Source: Hormiphora californensis (lineage: Eukaryota > Animalia > Ctenophora). From it: a DNA stretch of 64,000 nucleotides. The notes beneath the pieces are model-generated. The model was not told where the DNA came from. It was given only the letters and a program-made list of their open reading frames with translations, and did no database searches. The position numbers were made by a program, and so were the translations under genes. The stretch spans positions 6,696,001 through 6,760,000 of the forward strand of contig CM035352.1 in the NCBI GenBank assembly GCA_020137815.1, written 5' to 3'. Positions 1-9,930 of the stretch are shown piece after piece (the first letter of the stretch is position 1; each line of letters begins with the position of its first letter).

Positions 1-315
1 CGCCTTCTGTATCATGTCTGGTATGTTTGCAAAACACTCCCGCATAGCCTCAAGCTCCTTGAGAACCTGTTCAGACCTATCCTGTCCCACTACTGCTCCT
101 TCTTCTGACTTGGTCTTCACAAGGTCTTCCTGCTGCTTGTCCACCATTCTCAATAGGTTAATAGCAAAATTCCATAGAATATCTTTAGTGATACCCGCTG
201 GGGGAGCTTTTTTACCTTGCAAGATTGGGTCCATATCCACAGGTAGATTATCTTTCATAAACGTGTCCAAATCTTTCCTCGTCCATAACTTTAGCGGGAT
301 TGCCTTCAATGTCAT
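1..315 (-). CDS. Partial ORF running off the window edge; possibly the N-terminus of a LINE ORF1-like coiled-coil protein
   Basis: Manual translation from ATG at 315 gives MTLKAIPLKLWTRKDLDTFMKDNLPVDMDPILQGKKAPPAGITKDILWNFAINLLRMVDKQQEDLVKTKSEE...ECFANIPDMIQKA, 105 codons with no stop. It lies downstream of the SL-like 42-mer. ORF1 identity is inferred only by analogy with 11274-12299. Confidence 0.5.
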   Translation of the reverse strand, partial: MTLKAIPLKLWTRKDLDTFMKDNLPVDMDPILQGKKAPPAGITKDILWNFAINLLRMVDKQQEDLVKTKSEEGAVVGQDRSEQVLKELEAMRECFANIPDMIQKA

Positions 316-528
316 CACTAGCTACGATCTGCAGGATAAATTCAAGGCCTCGCCTAACGACAACTAGTGTCAATCCTCCGGGTCAGATCCGGTTTTCTCT
401 TGTCTTAGGCCTTGTCTTTCTCACACAGAAACTGTTACCAGTCTCTGATAAACCCAGAAAAGACAAAACAGAAAAGTATAAAGAGCCGAATATATACCAA
501 AGAACTTAGCGAATTGGAAAAACGAAAC

Positions 529-570
529 CTCAAATTAATTTGTTTAAAGTAGTGTTGAAAAGTTTGAAAC
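529..570 (-). ncRNA. Spliced-leader-like exon (42 nt) followed by a GT donor
   Basis: Minus strand GTTTCAAACTTTTCAACACTACTTTAAACAAATTAATTTGAG|GT; 41/42 identical to 11186-11227 (+). Ends in TTTGAG like many metazoan SLs and resembles the ctenophore SL as I recall it. Confidence 0.65.
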
Positions 571-593
571 ACAAAACAAAATTGAAAATAAAT

Positions 594-1409
594 TCAACTC
601 AAATTACTCAAAAATGTACGCTCTAAAAATGAATCTAAATCACCTAAACCTTCTGGAGTAGACTCTAACGCGGCGATAGTTCGTGTTTTCCCTAATCTGT
701 AAACTGAGTAGTCTCTGACCACACCGTTCAGCCGGTCCTGTTTAATTGTCTCCTTGACAAGTTTCCTAAGAATAAGTTCACACTGGTGTTTCAGATTCTC
801 CCTACACTTGAGTCTGTCTGCTTCCCGCTCCTTCTCCTTCTCTCCCGGGTCTACCTCAGCAGGTTGAATAAGGAGATAGTGTAGAAACTCACGGGCACTT
901 TTCAAGCGAGCACTGGTAGTTGAGTCACTGAACGAGTTGATGGGTTCTAATTTTAAAACATGTTTCTCCCATTGTTCTGAAGGAGGCTCCATGGCAACTG
1001 AAACGCGATGAATGGTTTCCATGGTGACCAAAGGGTTGTCACGTGATAAGTTGGCCTTACATGCAGCCTCAACTGACCCTGGAAAGTGAATCTGAGCAAA
1101 CACACAGCCACACCGCTGAGCTAAATGAAACACCTCTTTCCGCATTCCTCTAAGATGGAAAGTGTCATCTAATAGTAAAACAAGATCCCCTTTTGTACTT
1201 TTAATTACCTCAGCAACATGCTCCAGGACCTTTTTCCTGGCAGTATTCCAGCCATTCGGGTCTTTATCCATATCAACCCTACCAATTATTTCATCGTAAC
1301 AAATTACAGAAATTGAAAGTTTAGAAGATTCATCCTGTTGTAGTTTGTGTGCGAGAGTGCTCTTACCAACCGCTGGAATTCCAACGAAGCAGACCAAAAC
1401 TTTTGTCAT
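594..1409 (-). CDS. PSTK: L-seryl-tRNA(Sec) kinase, intronless
   Basis: P-loop GIPAVGKST, 'ICYDEII', 'LLLDDTFHLRGMRKEVFHLA', 'MEPPSEQWEKH' and a C-terminal 'DRLKC..NLKHQCELILRKLV' helix typical of PSTK. First ATG after the acceptor is at 1409. Confidence 0.8.
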   Translation of the reverse strand: MTKVLVCFVGIPAVGKSTLAHKLQQDESSKLSISVICYDEIIGRVDMDKDPNGWNTARKKVLEHVAEVIKSTKGDLVLLLDDTFHLRGMRKEVFHLAQRCGCVFAQIHFPGSVEAACKANLSRDNPLVTMETIHRVSVAMEPPSEQWEKHVLKLEPINSFSDSTTSARLKSAREFLHYLLIQPAEVDPGEKEKEREADRLKCRENLKHQCELILRKLVKETIKQDRLNGVVRDYSVYRLGKTRTIAALESTPEGLGDLDSFLERTFLSNLS

Positions 1410-1482
1410 GACGTCATCATCGTGAGAGCTAAAATTGGAAACCCACAATAAGTTACAAGAAACAATAAATACATAATTTAAA

Positions 1483-2817
1483 TCATTTCAATGCCACAAG
1501 TGCCTGGTTACGAGGAGAAATCAGGGGATCAAACACTGCCTTCAACTCAGCTTTGTGCCCTCTTTCTAAGAGGTACAACAACCTATCCGCCAGAATAAGA
1601 TGCTCGCCTGCTAACCCAAGACACAACTTGAAAGTGTAAAAGAAATAATAAACCCACGTTTCCCAATTGTCTTCACTTGCAACACTCTCAGCATGCTGCT
1701 CTTCCTCGTTAGTCAAAGTAGAGTAACTGAATAATGTTAAATTTCGATTTATAAACTCAACAACTGTCTCATTCTCACGTGCCTTTTTAAAACAAACCCT
1801 CTGTCCTGTGTCCCCTGTCCTGACCCTCAAGCTGATCTCACCAACTGACCGCCAATGTTGGTTCAAAACCATTTTGGGGTTGCTTAGTTGGGCCAGTATT
1901 CGCTGTAGGTAAACCTCAATGTTATGGCAGGCCTGCTCTCTTATAGGCAGGGAGAGTGAGTGATCCCTGGATTTAAGATGATCACTAATCGGGTAGCCCT
2001 GATGTGTACAGTGTAGATAACAACAGCTAACCATCACCAAACCCCGACACGATGGGCTATCTGAAAAGAGTTTGATCATGTAAGGACCAAGGTCTCCACA
2101 CGGGTGGAGGCCTAGGAGAAGAATCGGAGATGTAGAGAAGGTTGTTGAGTGTGTGACATCAACTTCAATAAGAATATCCATAAATGATTTGACGAGTCCA
2201 GGGCCTAGTTGAAGTAGCCGGTTTGTCGATAAGATGTTGAGTTTCTTTGATTTTCCTCCGTTGAACACTTTGTCAATTTTATCTGCTTTTTCAAGGAGTT
2301 GACCCTGAGCTTCGAGCCTCAAAACGGAAATGCTAGGTGTTTGGTTTGCTAGAAACCGAGAAATATGGCCAAACCCTGAACCCACATCAACCACGTGTGA
2401 TATTTTCCCGGAATGTAAAGATTCGGTTATGATCGGCAACAGACCAGCAATTTCTGAAACTTTCTTCGGCTTCAGATATCTTATCTGACTTTTAGCGTCT
2501 AATTTTAGTTGAGATGGTCCTCCAGCCAACTTTCTTTCAGCGATTTGCCTACGAATGTACGTAACAAAAGACAGAATTCCAAGGGGTAAAACGAATCGGG
2601 TTGGAAGTCCCAAAACAGCTCGAATGAATGCTAATACAGCTTCACGACCACCTTGAGCAAAACAAGATGTCCAGATATCAGGTAAGAGTTGAAAACCCTT
2701 GTCTGCATGGAACTCCAACATGAAAAAGTCAGCGATCGGTTGGAAATATTGAAGTAGACGCACATCAGTGGACATTTTGGGATGAACAGATGAAGAGATT
2801 TCTCCTGGCCCTATCAT
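1483..2817 (-). CDS. METTL25/RRNAD1 (METTL25B)-family SAM-dependent methyltransferase, intronless
   Basis: Motifs KKVSEI, VVDVGSGFGHISRFL, LLGLHPCGDL, VSCCY, EQACH, EHLILADRLLYLLE, VFDPLISPRNQALVA. Confidence 0.8.
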   Translation of the reverse strand: MIGPGEISSSVHPKMSTDVRLLQYFQPIADFFMLEFHADKGFQLLPDIWTSCFAQGGREAVLAFIRAVLGLPTRFVLPLGILSFVTYIRRQIAERKLAGGPSQLKLDAKSQIRYLKPKKVSEIAGLLPIITESLHSGKISHVVDVGSGFGHISRFLANQTPSISVLRLEAQGQLLEKADKIDKVFNGGKSKKLNILSTNRLLQLGPGLVKSFMDILIEVDVTHSTTFSTSPILLLGLHPCGDLGPYMIKLFSDSPSCRGLVMVSCCYLHCTHQGYPISDHLKSRDHSLSLPIREQACHNIEVYLQRILAQLSNPKMVLNQHWRSVGEISLRVRTGDTGQRVCFKKARENETVVEFINRNLTLFSYSTLTNEEEQHAESVASEDNWETWVYYFFYTFKLCLGLAGEHLILADRLLYLLERGHKAELKAVFDPLISPRNQALVALK

Positions 2818-3330
2818 CCTCGTACCCTATTCTGTGGGAGTATGGTTTAGTGACTACTGACTAGCAAGATATTAATAGATCGCTACTTCCCCCTAACACT
2901 AATCAGTTGATCAGAATATTGTCCTCACGGTTATAACTTATAGTATTAACATAACGTTTAACACAGCGAATTTAGCCCTATTTTGACAATCGGGCGAATT
3001 CAGAGTATGATAGCGATCCGTAAAAGTTTCAAAAGCCTCCAAGAGATACATGCTTGATATCCGTGTGCTCCCAATCTCCAATGGCTACTGTTCTCTCATG
3101 CTGTGGAGTGTGGCAGATCCAATGTGTGTCAGTGACATCTGTGTGTCTCCTGGAGGCATTAAAACTTTTTATGGATCCCTATTGATTGGTTTATGCAGCG
3201 GTTCCATGTATCAGGTAGCCTTTAAGAACCGAAGTCCACACAGAGAGTGCGGGATAGGGCTGAAGGCAGTGCTTTTCGGCGCTAACGTGCGAAATCGCCA
3301 TTCGCCAACTTTAAAAACGGGTTCCAATCT

Positions 3331-3680
3331 GTAGTGGAAGCTCTTACGGTATTTCCCACGCCCCGTGGGAAAGTTTTCGACCGTGGGAAAGTTTTCGAAC
3401 CGTGGGAAAAGAGAGATACATACAATAATATTAAAAAAATAATTATTTTTTGTAAGTTTTTGTATGTATCTCTCTTTTCCCACGGTTTGAAAATTTTCCC
3501 ACGGTCAAATGAGGCCCCTCGGAAATGTTCAAGTCATGCACAATCAAGTCACGCCCACCAATCACAGCTCAGAACGCGCGGAGTGCTTCGCGCGTTCTGC
3601 GCTGTGATTGGTGGGCGTGACTTGATTGTGCATGACTTGAACATTTCCGAGGGGCCTCATACCGTAAGAGCTTCCACTAC
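3331..3680. mobile_element. Palindromic MITE with two internal hairpins
   Basis: TIR gtagtggaagctcttacggtat / ataccgtaagagcttccactac; internal inverted repeats at ~3380-3507 and ~3509-3660. Confidence 0.7.
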
Positions 3681-3827
3681 GGAAAACGTTAAAATCTGGG
3701 TGCCTTTCATTGCTAACAATTCGTAGTTTTGGCGTGCGCGACGGGTTAGGGCTATCCGTTAGGGTCTGGTTAGGGTTTGGTTTGGGGTTATCGGTTAGGG
3801 CTATCGATTCTCTAACTGATGCCGTTT

Positions 3828-4300
3828 ATAATAATAATAATAATAAAAATGACAGTTTATATCCCGCACTGACACAGTTTTAATTACAGACAACTCGTTT
3901 TCCTTCATTTGAAAGGGACTGCAGCAGACTGCCTGCTCCTAGCACGGTTCTCTGATAACGGTGAATTAGTCGGGAACTATCCCACTTGGATAACATTGTT
4001 ACGGATAAAATAGCAGCCGTCTGGATCTTCTAGTCGTATCCGTTTCAAAGTGGACCTGAGAGCTTTTTGCTCCTTCAGTTCAGAGGGCGTTAGATCCGGA
4101 GATAGATAAACAGCCGAAAACTGTTTGGAGTCTTTGAGGTTTCGTGCTTTTTTGAGAAGCGCCAGGAGAGTCGCTCTCCTCTCCAGGGATACTAAGAGCG
4201 GTCTAGGACGTTTCTCATTTCTTTCCCCGATGCGTTTTATCGTTGTCACTTTCGGTTTCTCTTGCAGTTCCTCAAAAAGTTCGTCTAAAGTAGTTTTAGT
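3828..4300 (-). mobile_element. 5'-truncated ORF1-type retroelement fragment with (TTA)n tail
   Basis: ORF 3977-4249 'RIG...RPRPLLVSL...KARNLK...VYLSPDLT..E...R...IRNNVI' matches the C-terminus of CR1/L2-type ORF1; ~130 bp 3' UTR, then (aat)n at 3828-3845; no ORF2. Confidence 0.65.
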
Positions 4301-4417
4301 TTAGTTTACTCAAATCGGCCATGTGGTTCCATGGCTATAGCCGTTTGAAAAAAGTCGGTCTAAGTATACTCTTTTGGTAGCGCGCACCTGTAAACAGGCT
4401 GCAAGGCACCCAGATTA

Positions 4418-4640
4418 AAGTCGGATTTTTTGAAACTGTCACCCCCCTAGAGTTTTCAAATTTCTTTAAATGACCATAAGTCCGGTTCCTGATGAGATAG
4501 AGACTTGAAATTTGGAAGTTACGAAGATCTTGCTAAGTTCTTCCGAACCTCCAAATTTCAAGTCTCTATCTTATCAGGAACCGGAGATATGACAAATTTT
4601 GTTATTTCAGGGGGGTGACAGTTTCAAAAAATCCGAATTT
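4418..4640. mobile_element. MITE family A (TA-flanked, Tc1/mariner-like), copy 1
   Basis: TIR aagtcggattttttgaaactgtcacccccc; near-identical copies at ~41962-42180 and 52392-52612. Confidence 0.75.
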
Positions 4641-4644
4641 ATAA

Positions 4645-4870
4645 TAGGGATCCCTAATAAAGTTGTGACTTGTCACCAAACATGTGGTTCCCGTGGCGGT
4701 GCGGCTTCAAAATGCGCGATTGTAACTTGTCACCGCATGGTTTACGCCGCGCCGCAGCTACGCGCAGTGGGAACCACGTGCGTTTTGGTACGCGCACACG
4801 CGGTGACAAGTCACAACCGCGCCTCCGCAAGACTACAGTGACAAGTCACAACTTTATTAGGGATCCCTAT
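4645..4870. mobile_element. Palindromic MITE
   Basis: TIR atagggatccctaataaagttgtgacttgtcac and its reverse complement ending at 4870. Confidence 0.65.
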
Positions 4871-5127
4871 CGCGCCCTTCCACGATTTTTTTACTGGAAA
4901 CAAACAACTTTTTGAAAAAGGACTCCTCAAAGCACTGCCAAAACGCGATAAATACGGAACGCGCTTAAAACAAATTAAAAAGCTCTGCCAAAATTTAGCG
5001 CGCACTGTTTTCTTAATTTTCAAATTTTCAAAACCGGGCCCCGCGCCGGCCAGCGTTAAAATATGGGTGTTTTGGGAGGGACGGCATACACTTTCACCCT
5101 TCGGCAAACACAGCCCCTGATGCAAGG

Positions 5128-5600
5128 ATGGATGTGGTCGCACTTGACATGTGGCGAAAAATGCAGCTGGCTCATATGGATGTGCGAATTTTCCATGCCA
5201 ATTCGCCCTCATATATCGACACGCCCCTCAACCAACTCTACCGAAGAAACGAGGCTAGCAAGAAGCAGTCGTACGGAAAACGTGTACGAGAAGTTGAAGG
5301 GGGTGCCTTCTCTCCGCTGGTAATGAATACAGCAGGTGGCATAGCCAATGAGTTCCAAAAGGTGCTGAAGACTCTCTCACACCGAATCTCCACAAGAACC
5401 GGAGAACCGTACAGTGAGGTTATGGCTCACCTGAGGACGAGGCTACGATTCTCCCTCCTGAGATCATGCCTTATTGCATTAAGAGGAAATCGGAGGAAGA
5501 TTGCTATCACTAGTCTAACAAATACTGAACTGGTGACCTGAGGAAGAGAGGAATGAGAAGAACTTGAGGATCCGAGGATGAATTGATCCGAGGATGAATT
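5128..5600 (+). mobile_element. 3' fragment of a CRE-like non-LTR retrotransposon (restriction-like endonuclease region)
   Basis: 'DV.ALDMW...AHMDVRIFHANSPSY...EASKKQSYGKRVREVEGGAFSPLVMNTAGG...RLRFSLLRSCLIALRG', the RLE C-terminus pattern of CRE-clade elements. Confidence 0.7.
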
Positions 5601-5946
5601 GATTTATTGTTTTGTTCCGTTTTTATGTGTTTTGGGAGGGGCGCGATTATAATCTGGGTGCCTTGCAGCGTGTTTACAGGTGCGCGCTGCCAAAAAAGTA
5701 CACCTAAAACCACTTAGACCGACTTTTTTCAAACGGCTATAGCCGCGGAACCACATGGCCGATTTGAGTAAACTAAACGGTATCTGATAGAGAATCGATA
5801 ACCCTAACCGATAACCCCAAACAAAACCCTAACCCGACCCTAACAACAGCCCTAACCCGTCTCGACCGCCAAAATCGATGAATTGTTAGCAATGGAAGGC
5901 ACCCAGATTTTAACGTTTTCCTTTTGGGAGTGCTGACGAACGGTTT

Positions 5947-6006
5947 TTTAGGGTTAGGGCCAAAGTAGGGTTAGGGTTAGGGTTGGGGTTTGGGTTGGGG
6001 TTAGGC
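5947..6006 (+). repeat. Degenerate interstitial telomere-like (TTAGGG)n
   Basis: ttagggttaggg...tagggttagggttagggttggggtttgggttggggttagg. Confidence 0.6.
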
Positions 6007-6217
6007 CTTGACATTCCCTACCAGATAAGCTTTGAATCAGCTAAAACGGTTGAGTTGTTTGGCGGTTAGAGCCATTTTAGTGAATCAACTTTTTTGGCAG
6101 CACGCACCTGTAAACAGGCATTAAAACACCCAGAGATGTCTACAGCCAAGCATTATCTCGTGCTGAAAGGGACCTGTGAATACGCCAACGCCCAACTGAT
6201 TACTTAATACTTACATA

Positions 6218-6847
6218 CAGGGGCGGCTCGCGACCTCCGATCGCGAGTCGTCCAGGGTGTCCGGGGCCAGGGGCGGCAGCCTCGGTCAGGGGGTATGGGG
6301 GTGAAACCCCCCATTGCAGGGTCCAGGGGGCGAAGCCCCCTCGGAAAATTTGGGGTTTTGAGGGCAATTTTGTCAATTTGAGACTGTTTTAGACCCCTAA
6401 AACGCAATTATCAAAATGTTCCATCAAGCTGATCAAGTATTTTCTGTGTTTAATGTGTGAAGAATTGATAAAGAAGAAAGCAGGAAAAAACCGCATCGAA
6501 AAATATTAAGTTTTGGCGAAGTTATGTTGAATCGAAATCTAGGGTGTCCTTGCCACCCTGGCCTCTGAAAATGCGTGTAAAATCCTTACCAGAGCTGCGC
6601 ACGATTTCCCATGGTTTACACACAAGATAGCTGAAGTAGAGTGTCCTCGCCACCCAGCACCATGTATGTAACGTGCGAGATCTGTAAAAACATGTGACGC
6701 AGGTCGAAAACAAAGATTTCGGTTTCAAAGTTCCTAGTTTTCTGAATAGAATTTCTTTTATTTTCTTTAAATGAAATGTTCCCCCGTGCACTTAAATTCG
6801 TCCAGGGTGGCCATGGCCACCTGGACACCCGGCCAGAGCCGCCCCTG
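6218..6847. mobile_element. hAT-type MITE with 8-bp TSD
   Basis: TIR caggggcggctc/gagccgcccctg; TSD cttacata at 6210-6217 and 6848-6855; single cttacata (empty site) in the duplicate at ~10485. Confidence 0.85.
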
Positions 6848-7409
6848 CTTACATATTTATTATTTACAGTTTACTCCCCGCCGTCTTCCGAGTTCCAGTT
6901 CCCACAGTCTTTACAAATGCAAAGCCTTGACATTTTACACAGTTGTTCACCCAGAGATATATTTCAGGGTGGGACAGGGAGTGTCCTTGCCATGCACTAG
7001 TAAAAGACATTTTCATTGTACGCTTGTGTCTCCTACTGTGTCCCCCGTGCACCTTTTATCGACTACAGGGGACTGCCAAAGTGCTTTCTGGTCACTTCCT
7101 TTGTTCGCCGGACAATTCAAATAAAATCACCAGGGCCGGGTGTCAGGAGAGTGAAACTTCTCCGGTACATGATTGTGGGAAACACCGAATAGCCTTCACT
7201 TGCGCTTTGTAATATTTCCCACGGACATAAATCCGCCCCCTGATAAGGTACTCCAAATTTAGAACTTCTAGAATTAAAGAACTCGACATGATATTCCTAA
7301 AGATTAAAATTGAAATCTCTACATTAACTGTCACTCCGTTTTAGCTTATGTTATGTAGTGACTTGTGTTTACAGCCCAGTTATGGAAACCACTGAACGAT
7401 CTTTAACGA

Positions 7410-8444
7410 ATGGTAAATTACCTTTTGTTCCCTCTTTTTTTAAACACGGAATATATACGGTATTACGGTAATCATAAAGGTTGAAATTAATAAATTAATT
7501 GCATTACGAATGGTAAATTACCGCTAGGTACACACATTGATAATCTAAAGTAGAAATAATAAATCTATAGTATTGGCCGCCCCTAACCCCCTCCCTCCCA
7601 AACAGGCCCGTAGTTTCTCTGGATCACTGGTGCCATGCTCCCCATTGTGGCCCTCTCGGGCCAAGAAAACCATCACCGTCCATATCCAGACACTCGATGT
7701 TGATATGGAATTCAGTGTACCGGTAAGAACACTTGTCATGTCTAACCCTCCTTTACATTTGTGGAGGGTGTGGTGAAATAGGAAAGGCAAGCCCTCCTAT
7801 AATTCTCTCCTCAATTGTTTTGTTACGGAGTTAGAAAATGTAAAAGTTTGTTACCGAAATTTCTGTCCCCCCTCCATAACTGTTTGTTATAATTTCTGTT
7901 CCCCCTAGTACCGTGCGACCGGGAAGGAGGTGTTCGATAAAGCAGCCAACACCATCGGACTGAGAGAAACATGGTTTTTTGGCCTTCAATTAGCTAATCA
8001 AAGCACCCAGGTTTGTAAATTGCGTTTTCTTCTTGTCAACTATGAATAACCTCTCTGTAGCCCTTCTTCTCATCTCATATCATTAGGTTAAATTACATTT
8101 CTTAGAATTTGGATAGATATACACTATACAGACTACAGTATACATATAACCGTCCAAATTCTGAGAAATGTTCCTAATCATATACAATCATGCAGGCGAC
8201 ATCTACAGAGATGTGGATAGATGAAAGCAAGCGGATAATTGACCAGATAAACCTTCCATCTGACAACAAACCTGTCCAGTTTTACCTTCTTGTTAAGTTC
8301 TATCCGGTCAAGATAAGCGATCTCATCCAAGACATCACACGGCATCTCTTCTACCTTCAAGTCAAGGATCAGATCTTGTCAAGGATTATATACGCCCCGG
8401 CTAACGTGTGTGTAATGCTTGCATCATATGCGCTCCAAGCAAAG
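7410..8444 (+). pseudogene. Truncated duplicate (or allelic copy) of merlin/ERM 5' exons
   Basis: Exons 7606-7722, 7909-8010, 8196-8444 encode the FERM N-terminus; no downstream exons before the CRE fragment at ~9565. Confidence 0.7.
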
Positions 8445-9564
8445 GTAATATATTGAAGTTAGTTACAGTTGGAACCGCGTTACAATTTGCAACGCAGTTC
8501 ACATATACTGCTACTCTCACTTCTCAGTATCATTGGCACAAGACAATGCATTACGTAAACTTTCTCTCGAACAATCTTTTGGGCTATTTTAATAGCTTGA
8601 AATAACGGAGCTTGATTTCTAAAGAACTGCACCTTCGATCATTTGAATATTGAGATCGTGGTTTCCTGAAATGGTATCTTTCTTTTTCTCTTTGTTCCTT
8701 GGAATTTTCTTGCATTTATTGATCATATCAATGTCACCACACTGAAAAGGACTGAACTGAAAAGTGAAAAGCACGTCATGATATATTGACATATTGTGAA
8801 CCTAGTTGAATATAGATCCGTGCAGGGGATAAAAGTGCTTGTCAGGTGTATCTCTCTCTCTCTCTCTCTCTCTCTCTCCTTCGGGCTCTCTCTCTCTCTC
8901 TCTCCTCTCTCTTCTCCTCGGGCTCCTCCCCCTCTCTCTCTCTCCCACACCCACTCACTCCTCTTCTCCTTCCTCTCTCCCCCTTCTCTCTCTCGTTCGT
9001 CTCTCCTCTCTCTCTCTTTCTCCCCTCGCTCTCTCTCTCGCCTCCTTTTTCCTCTCTCTTCTCCTCGATTTAAAACCTCCATAATGGAAATACATATATT
9101 GGCAACCAACGAGAAAAGAGAAAGAGACAAAATGTGAAAATAAAGGAAGATACAGGGAGAGAGAGAGAGAGAGATCAGTGCTGCGATAGAGTGAGTGAGG
9201 GAGAGGAATCTGTTCGTAGCCAGCTTGTGCAAGTAAATTTTTACAGTTTTCACTATTATACAACTCTCACTGGGAGAGAGAGTGTTACTGGTTCACTGAT
9301 ATCAGAGTAATATTGTATGAACATTGAATTTCATATCATTATTCATTTCGAACCACATGCACCTGTTCTATACAGGTATTACTGTACTTGACAGTGTGAG
9401 TTAGTAAGGGCCACCAGTGTCAGTATGTTTGTTTGTTTGTTGATCTGGGTAATGGACGTGTGTAATCATATCAGTATATATCATGTGTTAGTGGGACGGG
9501 TGGGATGCTTGCCGGTGCAAAACAGTGTGGGCCTTGGTTGTGAGAGGGGTCTCCACCACGCCAG

Positions 9565-9930
9565 ATCACTCTACCGAAGGAATGAGTCAAGCAAAAAGCA
9601 ATCATACGGTAAACGGGTTCGAGAAGTTGAAGGAGGGACATTTTCTCCATTGGTCATGAACACAGCGGGTGGGATAGCTAATGAGTTTCACAAAGTCTTG
9701 AAGACACTCTCATCCCGCATCTCAACAAGAACAGGAGAACCATACGCTGAAGTGATGGCTCACCTCAGAACGAGGTTACGGTTCTCATTACTGAGGACAT
9801 GCCTCATAGCCTTGAGAGGAAATCGGAGGAAGATCGCCATCGCCAACCTAGCCTGCACTGAGCTTGTTACGTGAAGGAAATAAGAAGAGGATAAGAAGAA
9901 TTATCAAGACCGTGAATTAATTAATTTATT
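9565..9930 (+). mobile_element. Second 3' fragment of the CRE-like retrotransposon
   Basis: Protein nearly identical to 5128-5541 (LYRRNE.SKKQSYGKRVREVEGG.FSPLVMNTAGG...) with many synonymous changes. Confidence 0.7.

Larger units (their letters stand above)
3681..5920. mobile_element. Inverted-repeat element with TTAGGG-like arms carrying nested insertions
   Basis: 3681-3812 is the reverse complement of ~5789-5920, and ~4300-4415 of ~5650-5777; arms contain ggttaggg/ccctaacc units. Confidence 0.6.
6092..9550 (+). repeat. Copy 1 of a segment duplicated at ~10383-15225
   Basis: Colinear, high identity over exons and introns; differs by TE insertions. Confidence 0.85.

Noticed and set aside
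594-1448. Selenocysteine recoding signal near PSTK
   Set aside because: No in-frame TGA in a conserved position and no SECIS-like hairpin recognised
5947-6006. Chromosome end
   Set aside because: Short, degenerate and internal
8723-9263. ORFs with poly-(SL) or poly-(RE), also at 14.5, 15.3, 19.5-20, 22, 40 and 46.7 kb
   Set aside because: Translations of (CT)n/(AG)n microsatellites
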